From UHGV virus genome UHGV-1783823: a stretch of 35,256 nucleotides of DNA; one strand, 5' to 3'. Source of the stretch: a virus. The position numbers were made by a program, and so were the translations under genes. Shown one piece after another: positions 32,026 to 35,256 of this stretch (within the stretch, counting starts at the first letter, position 1; each line of letters begins with the position of its first letter). A model generated the notes under the pieces. That model was not told where the DNA came from. It saw only the letters and a program-made list of their open reading frames with translations, and made no database searches.

Positions 32026-33095
32026 TTAACCAGCACCCAATCTTTTTAGGTGGTGAGAGAAAAACTTTTGACTCACTCAATAAGCACTACCCAAAAATCT
32101 TTGAACTTTATAAACAACAAAAAGCACAAGACTGGTCAGAAGATGAGTTCCCTTTTGAACAATCACGTCTTGATTTTGAGAGTGTCCCAGCATCAATGTC
32201 AGGTGTAATGCTTGAGATTCTTAAGTGGCAATGGGAAGCAGATACTCAAGTTGCTAAGAGCTTGGCATTTGCCTTTGCACCCTTTATCTCTGATGACATC
32301 TATGCAACTGCAATTATGAAGCAGTCTGAGATTGAAAACCTACATGCTCTTACTTACTCAGAGATTGTAAGACAATGTATTAAAAACCCTGAAACAATCT
32401 TAGATGAGATTAACCAGAATGTTGCTGTGCAAGACCGATTAAAAACTGTGAATCGTGTTCTTGAAGAATTACTGGATGAAGGTATAAACTACCGTCTGAG
32501 TTATGTACGTGATTCACTTCTGGACAAAGACCCTTTGCACTTCCATAAAGTGATTCTGAAAGGGCTGTTTGCAGTGACTGCACTTGAAGGCATATCTTTT
32601 ATGGCATCCTTTGCATGTACTTTTGCACTTGATGCTCAAGATAAATTTCAGGGTATTGCTCAAGCTGTCCAGAAAATTATGCTTGACGAAATCCTTCACA
32701 CTAAAATTGATATTGAAGTTTTAAAAGAAACTTTAAGAGATGATGAATGGCAGAAAGCTTTTCAACAAATTCTTCCAGAGATTAAAGTAATCTTAGATGA
32801 AGTAGTTGAAAGTGAAGAGAAATGGTCGTATTATATCTTCTCCGAAGGACGTGCTGTAGTTGGCTTGAATACAAAGCTTCTTCATGAGTGGGTTTACTAT
32901 AATGCTGCCCCACTGTATGATATGTTTGGCATTCCCAGAGATTTTGTAGCTCCTAAAGAACCACCTTTGAAGTACATGATTAAGAAGATGGAAATTGATA
33001 AAGAGCAGAATGCTAATCAGGAGCAACAGAACGGTGCGTACCTGTTGAATACTGTTGTAGATGATTTGAATAGTGGATTTTTAGAGGTTCCTTAA
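32022..33095 (+). CDS. nrdB: Ribonucleotide reductase class Ia small subunit
   Basis: Di-iron/tyrosyl-radical region ENLHALTYSEI and LEGISFMASFACTFAL...DEILH; start at ATG 32022 with RBS AAGGAG (ORF track starts upstream at 31962). Confidence 0.9.
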   Translation: MINQHPIFLGGERKTFDSLNKHYPKIFELYKQQKAQDWSEDEFPFEQSRLDFESVPASMSGVMLEILKWQWEADTQVAKSLAFAFAPFISDDIYATAIMKQSEIENLHALTYSEIVRQCIKNPETILDEINQNVAVQDRLKTVNRVLEELLDEGINYRLSYVRDSLLDKDPLHFHKVILKGLFAVTALEGISFMASFACTFALDAQDKFQGIAQAVQKIMLDEILHTKIDIEVLKETLRDDEWQKAFQQILPEIKVILDEVVESEEKWSYYIFSEGRAVVGLNTKLLHEWVYYNAAPLYDMFGIPRDFVAPKEPPLKYMIKKMEIDKEQNANQEQQNGAYLLNTVVDDLNSGFLEVP

Positions 33096-33337
33096 TGACT
33101 TATGTAATTTACTCCAAAACTGGATGCCCTCAGTGTGAGACTGCAAAGAATTTTGCAAAAGCTCGTGGTATTGACCATGTTGTGAGAATGTTAGGGCAGG
33201 ACTATGAACTATCAGACCTGATGGATATTGCACAGATGCCAGTTCGTCAGATGCCATTCATCATGAAAACTGATGGACAAAACCTAAAACCTGTTGGAAC
33301 GCTACAGAATTTTATGGCAGAGGTGAATAATGCTTAA
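33095..33337 (+). CDS. Glutaredoxin-like protein (NrdH/NrdC-type redoxin)
   Basis: CPQC active-site motif near N-terminus (YSKTGCPQCETAK); 80 aa; directly follows nrdB. Confidence 0.75.
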   Translation: MTYVIYSKTGCPQCETAKNFAKARGIDHVVRMLGQDYELSDLMDIAQMPVRQMPFIMKTDGQNLKPVGTLQNFMAEVNNA

Positions 33338-33536
33338 ACGCCTTTGGGAAGGTCTGGTTGTTGATGCACCAGCCATTGTGATTGGTATGCTTGTTGTTAA
33401 CCTATTTACTGATTTTGAACAAGGTTCATTGTTTGGAGCCATGTTACTATGGGTTATCTTTGAAATATTAGAGATACAGTTAGGCATCACTGAAAAACTG
33501 AGAAAACTCGTTTCTAAGTTTTCTAAAAAGATTTAA
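33330..33536 (+). CDS. Small membrane protein
   Basis: 68 aa; hydrophobic segments IVIGMLVVNLF and GAMLLWVIFEIL. Confidence 0.4.
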   Translation: MLKRLWEGLVVDAPAIVIGMLVVNLFTDFEQGSLFGAMLLWVIFEILEIQLGITEKLRKLVSKFSKKI

Positions 33537-33544
33537 AATGAAAG

Positions 33545-33565
33545 GGTCTCTTCGGAGACCTTTTT
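33545..33565 (+). terminator. Rho-independent terminator with UUCG tetraloop
   Basis: GGTCTC-TTCG-GAGACC stem followed by TTTTT. Confidence 0.7.
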
Positions 33566-33584
33566 AGCATGTAAAGGGGCAATA

Positions 33585-35256
33585 ATGAACAAAGTACAGA
33601 TTATTAAAAAGAATGGCTCACTTGAAGAACCTGATATCAAAAAAGTTTTAGCAGCAGTCACAAAGTCAGCTAACAGAGTTGGTTATAAAGAGCTTCCACC
33701 AGATGTTACTCAAGCTCTTGAGTCAGCATTTATGAGGATTCTGGTAAAGTCCACTAAGCAGAATAATTTGCTAATTTCGGTAAATGATATTCACAGTATT
33801 GTTGAGGGTGCTTTGGCAGAAGTCAATCACGAGATTTATGAGTCTTACTCAACATATAGAAATTACCGTAAAGAGGTTGCTCAAAATTGGGATGAACTCT
33901 ACCAGAAGACTAAAGATACACTCTTCTTAGGTGACCGTGAAAATGCTAACTTTGACAGCAGTTTAATTTCTACGAAAGGTTCAATTATCCGTGGTTACCT
34001 GACTAAAGAAATCTTTAAACAGTATCATCTAACACCAGAGGAACTTGAAGCCATTGAGAAAGGCTTTATCTATATCCATGATTTAAGAGACCTGATTTTT
34101 GGTGGTATTAACTGTTGCCTGTTTGACATTGGTAAAGTACTAAAAGGTGGCTTTGAAATGTCCGGCATTGAGTACTGTGAACCTAAATCTGTACTGTCAG
34201 CGTTGCAGGTTATTGGTGACGTAGTACTTTCAGCAACTGCACAGCAATTTGGTGGTTTTACTTTAGCAGAGATTGATAAGGTACTTGTACCGTATGCTAA
34301 GAAGTCTCTACGCTATCATGCTGAGAAAGCATCATCTTATGGTATTCCTAAAGAGCATTACCACAATTATGTAATGGAGCAGTTACAAATTGAACTGGCT
34401 CAAGGTTTTCAGTCACTTGAGATGAAACTAAATACCGTGCCTTGTAGCCGTGGTGATTTTGCATTCACAACTTTGACATTCGGGTTACTTGACTCAGATA
34501 TGTCCAATGAAGATAACCGACTGCAATATATGATTGCAAGTACTCTCCTAGATGTTCGTATGAATGGTCAAGGTAAGAGCAAGAAACCTGTTGTATTCCC
34601 TAAACTGGTTTATATTTATGACCAGAAGAGACACAATGAGAATATCTGTCAAGGTCACCTGTACAGTAAAGCTATTGAGTGTTGCTCTAAAGCAATGTAT
34701 CCAGATTTCTTAAGTGTATCTGGTCATGGTGCTGTAGCAGAGGCTTTTGAGCGTTCTGGTAAGGTAATTTCACCGATGGGTTGCAGAGCCTTCTTATCTC
34801 CGTATCTTAACGAGAATGGGGAAGAGTTCTACGTTGGTCGTGCTAACATTGGTGCTGTATCTTTGAACTTACCAATGATTTACCAGTATTCTAAAGAGAA
34901 TGGTTTAGATTTCTGGAAAGAGCTTGATAAGTACCTAGAGATGATTCGCAACTTCCACAAGAAACGCTACGAAATGATTGCTAATATGCCAGCAAGTTCT
35001 AACCCTCTTGCGTTCACACAAGGTGGTCTGTACAAAGGAACTAAGAAACCTACTGACAAGGTTGGTTGGGATATTGTGAAGTCCTTCACAGCTTCTTTTG
35101 GTGTTACTGCGCTTGATGAGTTGTCTGTTCTTGCTGAAGGTAAACGACTTCATGAAGTTGGAAGCTATAGTTTTGCATATGATGTTCTGGCATACATTAA
35201 CATGAAAACTGAAGAGTTTAAAAATGAAGATGGTTTCTTATATGCCGTCTATGGTA
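33585..35256 (+). CDS. nrdD: Anaerobic ribonucleoside-triphosphate reductase (class III), 3-prime partial, runs off window end
   Basis: ATG 33585 with RBS AAAGGGG; N-terminal ATP-cone-like region; MGCRAFLSP resembling the NrdD active-site Cys region; frame open to window end; absent from ORF track because no stop is in the window. Confidence 0.85.
   Translation, partial: MNKVQIIKKNGSLEEPDIKKVLAAVTKSANRVGYKELPPDVTQALESAFMRILVKSTKQNNLLISVNDIHSIVEGALAEVNHEIYESYSTYRNYRKEVAQNWDELYQKTKDTLFLGDRENANFDSSLISTKGSIIRGYLTKEIFKQYHLTPEELEAIEKGFIYIHDLRDLIFGGINCCLFDIGKVLKGGFEMSGIEYCEPKSVLSALQVIGDVVLSATAQQFGGFTLAEIDKVLVPYAKKSLRYHAEKASSYGIPKEHYHNYVMEQLQIELAQGFQSLEMKLNTVPCSRGDFAFTTLTFGLLDSDMSNEDNRLQYMIASTLLDVRMNGQGKSKKPVVFPKLVYIYDQKRHNENICQGHLYSKAIECCSKAMYPDFLSVSGHGAVAEAFERSGKVISPMGCRAFLSPYLNENGEEFYVGRANIGAVSLNLPMIYQYSKENGLDFWKELDKYLEMIRNFHKKRYEMIANMPASSNPLAFTQGGLYKGTKKPTDKVGWDIVKSFTASFGVTALDELSVLAEGKRLHEVGSYSFAYDVLAYINMKTEEFKNEDGFLYAVYG

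Noticed and set aside
10922-35256. Group I introns or inteins interrupting thyA, nrdA, nrdB, nrdD or the polymerase
   Set aside because: All of these ORFs are continuous and of normal length with motifs in the expected order. The homing endonucleases are free-standing, not intron-encoded.

Overview
This window reads as part of a virulent tailed-phage genome (AT-rich, strong Shine-Dalgarno sites, tightly packed and often overlapping genes). Positions 1-17 are an Illumina TruSeq adapter remnant, so the contig begins inside a structural gene. Three blocks are visible: (i) 18-10885 on the + strand, a late tail/baseplate module (tape-measure-like fragment, hub/spike/wedge/baseplate-J-like proteins, two tail-fibre genes sharing a His-rich C-terminal module, two small membrane proteins); (ii) 10922-19904 on the - strand, a leftward replication and nucleotide-metabolism operon (family A DNA polymerase, ATP-dependent DNA ligase, a lipoprotein, a secreted protein, an HTH protein, dihydrofolate reductase, thymidylate synthase), interrupted by a ~590-bp non-coding island; (iii) 20162-35256 on the + strand, a rightward operon (dNMP kinase, T7 gp4-like primase-helicase, acidic-tailed SSB candidate, flap endonuclease, two free-standing homing endonucleases, MazG-like protein, NrdA, NrdB, glutaredoxin, partial NrdD). 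The most unusual signal is in the non-coding island at 14406-14996: two arrays of degenerate 5-bp repeats (consensus NNACC; GGTNN on the - strand), each followed by a conserved ~24-bp box, plus a 13-bp perfect inverted repeat. On the - strand the longer array contains the template motifs that T7-type primases recognise, and a gp4-like primase-helicase is encoded in the window; this is a hypothesis about an origin or priming hotspot, not a demonstrated function. All functional calls come from motifs read by eye and from gene order; no database search was run, and I do not assign the phage to a genus.
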